64,000 nt of DNA from Escherichia phage mio: the sequence record MN850631.1; one strand, given 5' to 3'. A program made the translations under genes and the position numbers. The notes under the pieces are model-generated. The model ran no database searches and was not told where the DNA came from. It saw only the letters and a program-made list of their open reading frames with translations. Shown here one piece after another: positions 14,419 to 22,918 of this stretch; the stretch's first letter is position 1, and every line of letters starts with the position of its first letter.

Positions 14419-16785
14419 TTAATCGTAAACTGTTGTACCTTCTGGAACACATTTCACATTAAAGCCTAAAAACTTACTCACTTCAATAGGTGACACTTTA
14501 TTCCAATCTAAATGGGAAAGCAAGAAGTTTTCTTGTTTTCTTTTTGAAAGGTAGTTTGTCACCTTAATGACCATGCGGTCACCAGCTTTCTTAATTTTCT
14601 TGTACAGCTTTGTATCATTGTCAAGGCATTCTTTCAAAGTTTGCAATCTACTAATGGTGTAAGTGTATGCAAACGGTGCAGCAACATACTGGATTTTACC
14701 GAATATTGCCTCTACAGCCTCTTCGTTACCTTCTAGGAAGATAGTTTTGCTAGTATCTCGTGAATAGCAATAGCCACGAGAAATCTTCTTGTTATTGAAT
14801 GTAAAGTTTCTGGCAATAATCCAACTGCTTGTAAGGTCAAGAACACCATTCATGTAGATGCGTGTCATATACCTGTTATGATTAATCCAGTGAACATCAG
14901 TTAAGCTGTCGTTCAAGAGCTTCTCATCTACTTCAATCCAGTCTTCTGGTATCTTTTTCCAATTTGCTTTTCGGAAAACATAGACTGTCTTCCCTATAAC
15001 ATTAGCAACTGACTTAGCTACATCTTCTGGAGATGAGCAAAAGCATTCACCATCAACTGTGTCACCTACTGCCTTAATGTAAAGCTGAGGTTCTTCAATT
15101 GTGTCTAAGTCTTCTGATACCTCTGTGTATGAGGCTACACCTTCTGCTGGAACAGCTTTCCAGAGTTTTACAACACCCCTTACAGCTTCTTTACGCTGAT
15201 AGTGGTGTTCCTTATCAGACATCTTCACAATCTTTAACAAGCTTTTATCAAGTTTATGCAGATTGATTAAATCATCTAACTCTTTCTCAGTCGAGAATAC
15301 AAACACAATACCATTGTATCTGTGAAACAGACTTGATTCGTTGGCATAGTCTCGACATGCACCACGCAGAATCTGATTGCGGCCTACAGTCTTCTCAGTG
15401 CCATTTTTATTACGACGGTCATTAATCACGAACAAAAACTGTTCAATTTGGCTTTTACGCATTGCACCAAAGATATTGAACATACTCGCCTCTTGAGTGT
15501 AGGAAAGTGCTGTTGCACGAATCTTACTCTCTAAAGAGTTGAACTTAACATAAGCAACTGGATTGTATAGGTAGTCCACTTTAGGAATGTTGTTTCCTTT
15601 ACTGTCAACCTTAATATTACCTTTGCCGTCACGTTCATAGATGACTGAGCCATCTTCTGCGTAGATAATTCCACGACGAATGTTTAGCAATTCTTCTTCC
15701 AGAGAGTCAAGCTTAACACCTCCCCACTCTAGCTTTGGACACACAGCATTAAACATTTCTCGTGAGTTCAAACGTAACTCTGCATAAGCCTGTGCAGCAT
15801 CCATGAGTGTAGGTTGGTTATTAACTCCCTTAATAACGTCCCTTGTAATTGCTTCAGTTATCTTTTTAGTAGCCTCAATGATAACATTTTTTGTCGTATC
15901 ATTCATCTGCAATGCTTCACGAGAAGCTGCAATAGCAACTGAACCAATAGGCATGTAAATGTTTACAAGGTCTACGCTCCTACGGAAAAACTCTGGCAAG
16001 ACTTTGAAGAAATCATCACCAAGTAATGCTTCCATGTTAACAGGGTATGCAATGTTACCCATCACCACATTAAACTCTGTCCTGTTACCACTAGAACGCC
16101 AACTTTGCTTATGAATCATAGCATCATAAACACCCTCTTCACGGGCAATGACGTTCATATCTGCTAACACATCATCATATACAATATTGCTTTCTGGTTT
16201 TACAGCAAAGTATGAATATACGTGACCAGCCTCTTCAAAGAACTTTGAGATACGGTGGTCAGCAACTGCCACACGTACAGCTAAGCCATTAGGTTCATTC
16301 GTTTGGTTAGTAGTAAGCTTAGTTACTTGAGGGATACCATTCTCAAGGTAAACAGAGTACTTATTAACAACACCATCAACATAGCTAGATACTGTGAATG
16401 ACTGAGCAATTGCAAATGGGGATTTTGAGCCGATACCCATTGCACCAATGTAGTCATTAGAGTCATTCTTCGTAGAAGCCCCGTAGTTCAGATACAAACT
16501 CATTACCTTGTCGTGGGTTAAACCAGTTCCAAAATCACGGACTTCAAAGTAAGGCTCAAATCGAGTAGGTAAATGCACATGGAATGGGATGTTCTCTTTT
16601 CCAGCTTCTTTCTGAGCATCCACTGCATTACATGACAGTTCACGAATCACTGCTCGCTCTTTAAATGTGTATACACCAGAACTCAAAAGGCTGAACATTT
16701 CAGGTGTCATTGTAATCTGTGCTTGAGATGTCTCCAAAGAAGTTGAACTCTTAATCACTTCTGCGTGGTCGTTTACCATGCGCAT
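14419..16785 (-). CDS. rIIA: rIIA-like protein (GHKL ATPase-like N-terminus)
   Basis: 788 aa; N-terminal RAVIRELSCNAVDAQKEAG matches the ATPase-like box of rIIA family; AGAGGA RBS before ATG 16783-16785. Confidence 0.75.
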   Translation of the reverse strand: MRMVNDHAEVIKSSTSLETSQAQITMTPEMFSLLSSGVYTFKERAVIRELSCNAVDAQKEAGKENIPFHVHLPTRFEPYFEVRDFGTGLTHDKVMSLYLNYGASTKNDSNDYIGAMGIGSKSPFAIAQSFTVSSYVDGVVNKYSVYLENGIPQVTKLTTNQTNEPNGLAVRVAVADHRISKFFEEAGHVYSYFAVKPESNIVYDDVLADMNVIAREEGVYDAMIHKQSWRSSGNRTEFNVVMGNIAYPVNMEALLGDDFFKVLPEFFRRSVDLVNIYMPIGSVAIAASREALQMNDTTKNVIIEATKKITEAITRDVIKGVNNQPTLMDAAQAYAELRLNSREMFNAVCPKLEWGGVKLDSLEEELLNIRRGIIYAEDGSVIYERDGKGNIKVDSKGNNIPKVDYLYNPVAYVKFNSLESKIRATALSYTQEASMFNIFGAMRKSQIEQFLFVINDRRNKNGTEKTVGRNQILRGACRDYANESSLFHRYNGIVFVFSTEKELDDLINLHKLDKSLLKIVKMSDKEHHYQRKEAVRGVVKLWKAVPAEGVASYTEVSEDLDTIEEPQLYIKAVGDTVDGECFCSSPEDVAKSVANVIGKTVYVFRKANWKKIPEDWIEVDEKLLNDSLTDVHWINHNRYMTRIYMNGVLDLTSSWIIARNFTFNNKKISRGYCYSRDTSKTIFLEGNEEAVEAIFGKIQYVAAPFAYTYTISRLQTLKECLDNDTKLYKKIKKAGDRMVIKVTNYLSKRKQENFLLSHLDWNKVSPIEVSKFLGFNVKCVPEGTTVYD

Positions 16786-16814
16786 AATACTTTCCTCTTA
16801 GTTTACTGTTAAAA

Positions 16815-16991
16815 TTACTTATTAAACATTTTACCAGAACCGCCACACATAGGGCAACAACCTGCTCTTGTATAGCCTTCTCCATTACAGTAGTCACATT
16901 TTTTGTGCTCTGCAAAGTACTTGCAAAGAAGGTAAACAAATACTGCTATGCTACCAAGCGACAGTAAAATTTCTATCCAATATGCTTGCAT
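16815..16991 (-). CDS. small membrane-anchored zinc-finger protein (58 aa), not in ORF track
   Basis: Hand translation MQAYWIEILLSLGSIAVFVYLLCKYFAEHKKCDYCNGEGYTRAGCCPMCGGSGKMFNK; TM helix plus CxxC..CCPMCGG; replaces out-of-frame track ORF 16751..16939. Confidence 0.3.
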   Translation of the reverse strand: MQAYWIEILLSLGSIAVFVYLLCKYFAEHKKCDYCNGEGYTRAGCCPMCGGSGKMFNK

Positions 16992-17308
16992 GACTCACCC
17001 CTCATATTTTTGTAAAGGATAAAACTTCTGTCATGGACGATACTTGTAGACACTGCAAAGTTACTTTCAAGCATCTGTTTGTTTGGATTGTAGAAGCTTT
17101 CTTTAAACTCGTCAAGTGCAAATTGGTGATGTTGTGGAAGACCTTTTACACAGACTTTTATTGTGATTGCTGCTGCAATCTTGCCAGTCAGTTCTTCTTT
17201 AGCTGCTACTAAAATTTTGTTAAGGAACTTTTTACCATCTTCAGGTTTCTTAATGTTCTCCCAACGTTCTTCTAGGACAACGTTAATGTTCATTTCTTTG
17301 ATTTTCAT
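16973..17308 (-). CDS. hypothetical protein (111 aa)
   Basis: ATG 17306-17308 with GGAGAAGA RBS. Confidence 0.5.
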   Translation of the reverse strand: MKIKEMNINVVLEERWENIKKPEDGKKFLNKILVAAKEELTGKIAAAITIKVCVKGLPQHHQFALDEFKESFYNPNKQMLESNFAVSTSIVHDRSFILYKNMRGESCKHIG

Positions 17309-17320
17309 AATCTTCTCCAG

Positions 17321-17346
17321 AAATTAAAAAGGCTCCCGTAGGAGCC
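17321..17346 (-). terminator. putative intrinsic terminator downstream of NAMPT-like gene
   Basis: GGCTCC-CGTA-GGAGCC hairpin with T-run on the minus strand. Confidence 0.45.
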
Positions 17347-17361
17347 TCTTATCATATACTT

Positions 17362-19143
17362 TTAAAGCTGCTTGTCAATATTATTTCGAATATCACCAAG
17401 AGATGTGTAACCGTACTGCTCAGAGTCACTAAAGACTAAACGTAAAGCACAAGCTGGATGTTCAAGTGCATCTGCAAAGCTCTGGAATCCATAGCCATCT
17501 ACAGCTTTCAACTTATCACCATCCCACATAGGTGCTACACCACCAAAAGCAGACTTCTTAACACCACTATCTGTTTTAGGGTCTTTTGCAAGCATAATCT
17601 CTTTACCACCAATGCTTGCAAGAGTTGCTTTAACAGCAAATGCAAAGGTGTCACGAGTCATGTACTGGTAAGTGTAAGAGCCTACGCCAAACACTACGTT
17701 AGAGCTTGCAAAACCCATTTCATACAGACGCTTCAGGATTTCGTTTGCACGTTCCAGCGTGATAGAGTCACCATAGATAAGGCCGATATGCTCATCAAGT
17801 ACCTTAAACCCTTTAGAGTTAATAGTTCCTCCAAAGATGTTGTACAGTGTCTTAATAGCTCCATCAATTTCAGCTACAGGACGTGTTACAACGTTTGCAG
17901 AACCAACCATATAAGCATTTTTCAACATCACTGTATCAGCAACTTCAAAGTCTTCTCTGTCAACAACCATTTCGTAGCCTTCTGACAGTAGCCATCCAGC
18001 AATACCATAGTTGATGTTTTCAAGCTTCATGTTCAGAACAGCATTCAACATTGTGTCACTAGCTTCCAGCTTGCTTAGGTGCTCGTAATAAGCCTTCTTA
18101 GCACACTCTAAGTGGATTGCTTTATAACCTGTGACAATATGTACAGGGTCTCCAGAGTCAGGGCGAATTACCAGCTTACCATCCCGTTCCATAATTTCTT
18201 TACGAAGTGCTGGTAAGATTTCTGACACAGTTCTCCAGAAGTTATAAGTATCTGAAACAATACTTGCAATACCAGTTGGGTAAGTTTCTGTTAAGAAACG
18301 ACGGAAGGTTTGCAACTCACCTTTAAAGCGTCTTTCTTCTTCAATCAACTCATTACCACCTTCCCAAGCAATGTTTGCACACATTACAGAGTGCTCAGTG
18401 GCTGGTACAGAACTACCAATATCAGAGATTGGGTAAGACTGTCCATAGATTCGTTTAGCCGTATACACAGCAGGGAAGCTATCAGTTCCTTTAAAGCTGG
18501 TTAAGTGGCCTACAGCGTTAAATGCGTCATCAGTAAAGCCTGACATACCACGCATAGCAAAGTCATGGCACTGATAAGGTAAATGCAAGTCATTGTCACA
18601 AGTAAGGTCAGCCCACTTCTTACAGGTACGCTTGTAGTGTAATGCAATAGTAGCAATGGTGCAAGCTTTCCAAATCTCAGCAGAGAAAGCATCCTCCAGA
18701 TACCCTGCTACCCAATGGAAACCTGAAACAGTGTTCTGGAAGACAATCATTGGGACACGCATTGGAACAACTGTGCCTTCTTCTACAGCGTATACTTCAA
18801 CTGGTAGATAACCTAAGTCGTGAAGTGCTTCCCAATGCTCTCGACCGATAGCATCTTTACCCAGAACACCATTCATGACTTCTAAGATTTCATCAATTGC
18901 TTCTTTTTTATCACGTTCAAAGAAGGTGGCGTTCCAGTGGTCTATCAAGTAATCTTTAACAAAACGTTGAATACCGAAAGCCACTACACCATCAATTGCT
19001 AAGGGGCTGTTAAACCATTTATCACTACGTGGTGTCAGGTTGAACATCAAGTATTCTGTTGCACTAGGATACTGGTAAACATGACCAGATTTGTAAGCAT
19101 CTGCGTTTAAACCTGCTGGTACTGCATAAAGTGATTTAGTCAT
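17362..19143 (-). CDS. nadV: nicotinamide phosphoribosyltransferase family protein (NAMPT/NadV-like; possibly a Namat-type nicotinamide ADP-ribose transferase)
   Basis: 593 aa, N-terminus ...AYKSGHVYQYP... typical of NAMPT family; adjacent to Prs-like gene. Confidence 0.8.
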   Translation of the reverse strand: MTKSLYAVPAGLNADAYKSGHVYQYPSATEYLMFNLTPRSDKWFNSPLAIDGVVAFGIQRFVKDYLIDHWNATFFERDKKEAIDEILEVMNGVLGKDAIGREHWEALHDLGYLPVEVYAVEEGTVVPMRVPMIVFQNTVSGFHWVAGYLEDAFSAEIWKACTIATIALHYKRTCKKWADLTCDNDLHLPYQCHDFAMRGMSGFTDDAFNAVGHLTSFKGTDSFPAVYTAKRIYGQSYPISDIGSSVPATEHSVMCANIAWEGGNELIEEERRFKGELQTFRRFLTETYPTGIASIVSDTYNFWRTVSEILPALRKEIMERDGKLVIRPDSGDPVHIVTGYKAIHLECAKKAYYEHLSKLEASDTMLNAVLNMKLENINYGIAGWLLSEGYEMVVDREDFEVADTVMLKNAYMVGSANVVTRPVAEIDGAIKTLYNIFGGTINSKGFKVLDEHIGLIYGDSITLERANEILKRLYEMGFASSNVVFGVGSYTYQYMTRDTFAFAVKATLASIGGKEIMLAKDPKTDSGVKKSAFGGVAPMWDGDKLKAVDGYGFQSFADALEHPACALRLVFSDSEQYGYTSLGDIRNNIDKQL

Positions 19144-19188
19144 CTTTTAATCTCTCTCAAAATGGGGCTTTCAAGCCCCTATAAACTT

Positions 19189-20070
19189 TCAATCAAGGTT
19201 TGCTACAGTAACTTGACCATAATGTGTTAAGCCACGGTCTTTAGCTTCGCCTAAAGAGTTTGTAGTGTAAACATGGTCGATACCATTGTCAAGAAGGTTT
19301 TCAACACCTTTAGAGAAGATACCATGTGTTACATAGAGTTCCACACGTTTTGCACCTGCTTCACGTAGGTGTTTTGCTGCTTCTATGAAGGTTCGACCAC
19401 CATCACAGATATCATCCAAAATCATGACGGTTTTATCTGTCAAGTCAACATCATCAAGGATTCGCATACCAGTGATTTCACCAGTCTTAAGGTTGCGTAC
19501 TTTAGACATTGTGATGTATGGTTTATCCACCTCTTTAGCGGTCTCTGCAATCTTCTTAGCAGCACCTGCATCTGGGGCGACTAAGTAATCAACCAGTGGG
19601 TCATTTGCATAGTGGACTGCAATTTCCTTTTGAGGAATACTCTGGAAGCAGTTAAACAGGTTATCTGGTACATAACTGTGAGGGTCAACTGCACAGACTG
19701 CATCAAAACCCATTGCATTAACCTGTTGTGCAAACACTTTCAAAGCTGCTGCATCACCTTTAAACATGTGACGGTCGTAACGTGCATTTGGCAAATAGTA
19801 AAAGATAGCAGTCTTCATAGCAAACTTATGAGGTACTAAATCATCAATTGCTTCTTTAGCAAGTGCCACAGCAAATAATGTGTCTTTGTCATAACCCTTT
19901 ACAATCATAATCACGTTGTTGATGGATGATGCAGCATAAGCAGTAAAATCAACAAACTCTGGTGAAAAATGTCCACCAATCTCACCAGAAGGAAATTGGA
20001 CGATGTTAAACTCTTCTTCATGAGTCCCTTTAGTTGGTGAATGAACTGTAACACGGATAGATGTTTTCAT
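19189..20070 (-). CDS. ribose-phosphate pyrophosphokinase family protein (Prs-like; possibly an ADP-ribose pyrophosphokinase)
   Basis: 293 aa; PRPP-binding loop VMILDDICDGGRT; C-terminus YVTHGIFSKG. Confidence 0.8.
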   Translation of the reverse strand: MKTSIRVTVHSPTKGTHEEEFNIVQFPSGEIGGHFSPEFVDFTAYAASSINNVIMIVKGYDKDTLFAVALAKEAIDDLVPHKFAMKTAIFYYLPNARYDRHMFKGDAAALKVFAQQVNAMGFDAVCAVDPHSYVPDNLFNCFQSIPQKEIAVHYANDPLVDYLVAPDAGAAKKIAETAKEVDKPYITMSKVRNLKTGEITGMRILDDVDLTDKTVMILDDICDGGRTFIEAAKHLREAGAKRVELYVTHGIFSKGVENLLDNGIDHVYTTNSLGEAKDRGLTHYGQVTVANLD

Positions 20071-20085
20071 AGTTTTCTCTCTCTC

Positions 20086-20364
20086 TCAATCAAAAGTTAC
20101 GTTTGTTACTGCCATTGCAGATTTGCATTTTACAGGGTCTACAACGTGGTAAAGTACACTACAGTTACCTGTGCTGTCTGGTACAGGTTTTACCCATTGA
20201 TGCTTTATAGTTGGCTCTCCTAAGTCTTTGTAAGAACCATCCGTAAAGTTGTTTACCATCTCAAGTGCAATTGGTTCTGGAACATGACCACGTATCATGT
20301 ACATCTCACAACCATTACCACCTTCACTGACTAATGGTAAAATCTCCCACTTTTCTTTAGCCAT
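20086..20364 (-). CDS. hypothetical protein (92 aa)
   Basis: ATG 20362-20364. Confidence 0.5.
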   Translation of the reverse strand: MAKEKWEILPLVSEGGNGCEMYMIRGHVPEPIALEMVNNFTDGSYKDLGEPTIKHQWVKPVPDSTGNCSVLYHVVDPVKCKSAMAVTNVTFD

Positions 20365-20872
20365 TGTAAGTTGCCCTATAAACTATCTCGAACTTCAACA
20401 GGAGAGATATTGCCAAATCTGTATAGTTGTTGTCAAGCACATCTGGCATATTATTTTTGATATATTTCTCTTGTTCTTCGTAGGTCATCTTAGGGGTACT
20501 TAGGAGGCTATCTCCTTGCTTCTGGTTATCAGCTTTAGTTTGGATAAACCAGTTTGCACAGTGATGCTCACCACCCTTTGTAACAGGTTTGTGGTGGCCT
20601 AATGTAAATGTTTGCTTACCTGTATACCTGCAAAGATTGTTCAGTGTTGCAATAGTGTTCTTCACAACACACCATTCATACAGGTTATCTATTGTGTAGT
20701 GTGGGTAATAACGGACAAGTGCTCTTTCACGGTAGTTATCACGATTCCAAAGAACCATATGATTAGAATTTGAAGGGTCGTATTGGTGGGAGTCAATGAA
20801 CTCTTGACGTTCCTCAAAGCTGAGTCTTAGAACTGACATTGCAGCCGAACGTTTCAGGTTTGACAGATACAT
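20357..20872 (-). CDS. putative HNH endonuclease
   Basis: LGHHKPVTKGGEHHCANW resembles the HNH core (HH..P..KGG...N). Confidence 0.45.
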   Translation of the reverse strand: MYLSNLKRSAAMSVLRLSFEERQEFIDSHQYDPSNSNHMVLWNRDNYRERALVRYYPHYTIDNLYEWCVVKNTIATLNNLCRYTGKQTFTLGHHKPVTKGGEHHCANWFIQTKADNQKQGDSLLSTPKMTYEEQEKYIKNNMPDVLDNNYTDLAISLLLKFEIVYRATYNG

Positions 20873-20881
20873 TTTATCTCC

Positions 20882-20910
20882 AAAATAAAAAGGGAACCTT
20901 TACAGTTCCC
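20882..20910 (-). terminator. putative intrinsic terminator
   Basis: GGGAAC-N7-GTTCCC hairpin with T-run on the minus strand. Confidence 0.45.
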
Positions 20911-20923
20911 TTATAGTATCTGT

Positions 20924-21244
20924 TTACTGAGCTACTTTCAAGATGCTTGTGAATGAAATCTCACTCTCATCCATAAACTCTTTTGCTTCTCCAGTAACTT
21001 TCACAAAGTTATCTAGGCAGATAATCTTCTTATCCTTCTTGCTGTAGGTTAGCTTAACCTTTTCAATATCTTTCTTAGAGTTTTTCTCTTCATTAAAGAG
21101 CTTCACAGCTTCTTTAAATGGTAGATATGAACCGTCATCATCGCTGATAAAACCTGTGCCACAATAGTAGAAGTTGTATTCTTTAGCCATAAACTGGCAC
21201 AGTACGAAAATCTGTAATTTGCGAGTGTTATAAACTTTGCTCAT
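20924..21244 (-). CDS. hypothetical protein (106 aa)
   Basis: ATG 21242-21244. Confidence 0.5.
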   Translation of the reverse strand: MSKVYNTRKLQIFVLCQFMAKEYNFYYCGTGFISDDDGSYLPFKEAVKLFNEEKNSKKDIEKVKLTYSKKDKKIICLDNFVKVTGEAKEFMDESEISFTSILKVAQ

Positions 21245-21246
21245 GA

Positions 21247-21504
21247 TTATTTAGCCTTCTTGTTACGTTTACGGTTACGAGCTTTCTTAGCTGCTCGTTT
21301 AATAGCTGCTGCACCAGACGGACGGTGGGCTTGTTTCTTACCACCTTTGCCACGGCCTACATAGATACTCTTCATAATCTCATTAGCCAGCTTCTCATCC
21401 ATCTTAAAGTTCTGCATAAGATGAGTCACATCAACACCAGTGAGCATACCTAATGAAGCTAGTGCTGCTTTTACTTTTGATTTAAAGCTATTCCAGATTC
21501 CCAT
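21247..21504 (-). CDS. small protein with highly basic C-terminal tail (85 aa)
   Basis: C-terminus AAIKRAAKKARNRKRNKKAK; ATG 21502-21504 preceded by TTGAGAGAGA motif. Confidence 0.5.
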   Translation of the reverse strand: MGIWNSFKSKVKAALASLGMLTGVDVTHLMQNFKMDEKLANEIMKSIYVGRGKGGKKQAHRPSGAAAIKRAAKKARNRKRNKKAK

Positions 21505-21627
21505 TTCGTATCTCTCTCAATCTTTTCAAAAATGTTTTAAGTCCTTCTTCAGTGACACCAACGGCTAAGTTTGTTCTGTAGAGCATTGTAAAGTGGCCTT
21601 TACCGATAACCTACTTTACAACGAGGT

Positions 21628-22113
21628 TTATTCTGCTCTCCACTGACAATCACCTTGCCACCCATACTCTTTTCTCCAGAGGTTTTGATTATCAGAACCA
21701 CGATACGGTTTAACTGTTGGTTTAGATGAATCATACTTACCATCAATCACCACGTCAACATATTTCATCACATCTAGGTGAATTTTTTCGTGTAACTGAA
21801 AACCTGTCCATAGCCAGATAGACTTCTCTGGGTAAACAGTTTTAATACGTTTGCATATGTTGGTAACCTCTTGAATATTTCTATCATCCAGAGGTTCTCC
21901 ACCAAGTATCGACAACCCACTGACAGCATTATCACCCATTAGCTGGATGATTCCGTAGAGGTTTGCATAAGTAAATACTTTACCAGCATTAAACTTCCAA
22001 GACTCCCTGTTAAAGCAGCCTTCACAGTGATGCTTACAACCAGCTACGAAGAGGCTTACACGAACCCCTTCACCATTAGCTGTATCAAATGGTCGAATCT
22101 CCATGTAATTCAT
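21628..22113 (-). CDS. nrdG: anaerobic ribonucleotide reductase activating protein (radical SAM)
   Basis: CKHHCEGCFN cysteine cluster; lies downstream of nrdD. Confidence 0.8.
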   Translation of the reverse strand: MNYMEIRPFDTANGEGVRVSLFVAGCKHHCEGCFNRESWKFNAGKVFTYANLYGIIQLMGDNAVSGLSILGGEPLDDRNIQEVTNICKRIKTVYPEKSIWLWTGFQLHEKIHLDVMKYVDVVIDGKYDSSKPTVKPYRGSDNQNLWRKEYGWQGDCQWRAE

Positions 22114-22172
22114 CTAGTTACCTCGCCAATACATATAAACGCTCTTTAAACCTTTTCTTCGAATTGTTTTAC

Positions 22173-22568
22173 TCATTCAAACACCACCTGACAGGGAACC
22201 TGTTTAGTAATAAACTCTTCGCAGTGCTCTTTAATGAAGTTTTGTAATGGCACACAGTCTTGTGCACAAGTCATTAGCATAATGTACTCTGGATTCATAA
22301 TGTTTTCAAGACTGTAGAAGACAATATCGTTAGATAGTTCATGACCGTCTTCTTCAGACCAAGTTCCAGTGACTACAGCTAATTTGTCAAGCAATTCATT
22401 AGGCAATGCTACGCCATCTTCTACAGAATCACTTAGAACATTGTCGCCGATATACAATGTGAAGGTTGTGTGGAATGTTGAGTACCTTACGTGATTCTTT
22501 TCGCAAGAGCCACACTCTGAGGCATAATCCTTAATCCACTCTAACTGTTTTTGGCTCAACTTAATCAT
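22173..22568 (-). CDS. hypothetical protein (131 aa), Cys-rich
   Basis: ATG 22566-22568; between nrdD and nrdG. Confidence 0.5.
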   Translation of the reverse strand: MIKLSQKQLEWIKDYASECGSCEKNHVRYSTFHTTFTLYIGDNVLSDSVEDGVALPNELLDKLAVVTGTWSEEDGHELSNDIVFYSLENIMNPEYIMLMTCAQDCVPLQNFIKEHCEEFITKQVPCQVVFE

Positions 22569-22765
22569 AATTTCACCTTAGTCGGTAATGCACTGAATGC
22601 TATAGATAACCCTAAAAATGGTTTGAAGCATGACCATAAATCCATCTGACCATTATATGATAAATTCCATTGTGGGTCTGAAAAACCCCATACCATAGCA
22701 CTAACCCCAAAGAAGAAGATTATAGTGCGGAGTATGTATATCATCGTTTTTGATATCTTAAACAT
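22565..22765 (-). CDS. small hydrophobic membrane protein (66 aa)
   Basis: Two predicted hydrophobic segments; ATG 22763-22765. Confidence 0.4.
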   Translation of the reverse strand: MFKISKTMIYILRTIIFFFGVSAMVWGFSDPQWNLSYNGQMDLWSCFKPFLGLSIAFSALPTKVKL

Positions 22766-22918
22766 TTTAACTTATCTCTCAATTCACAATAAGAGAGTCC
22801 TAAAAAGAACCCTAGTAAGACAGAACCTATGAACAACCCAATAATACTCTCTGCCATATCTAACATCCAATAAAAAGGTGATGTAAGCCTACCAAGACCC
22901 ACATCACCTTGTCAAGTT

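Noticed and set aside
16751-16939. 62 aa track ORF overlapping the rIIA start
   Set aside because: Overlaps the rIIA start by 35 nt and a better-supported 58 aa ORF (16815-16991) in another frame; Arg/Lys-rich tail looks like frame noise.
17458-17985. 175 aa plus-strand ORF inside the NAMPT-like gene
   Set aside because: Antisense to a well-supported conserved gene; Cys/Phe-rich low-complexity translation typical of the reverse frame of AT-rich coding DNA. The same applies to other antisense track ORFs, for example 32533..32904, 38540..39388, 46005..46421, 52263..52790, 57968..58210 and 61629..61964.
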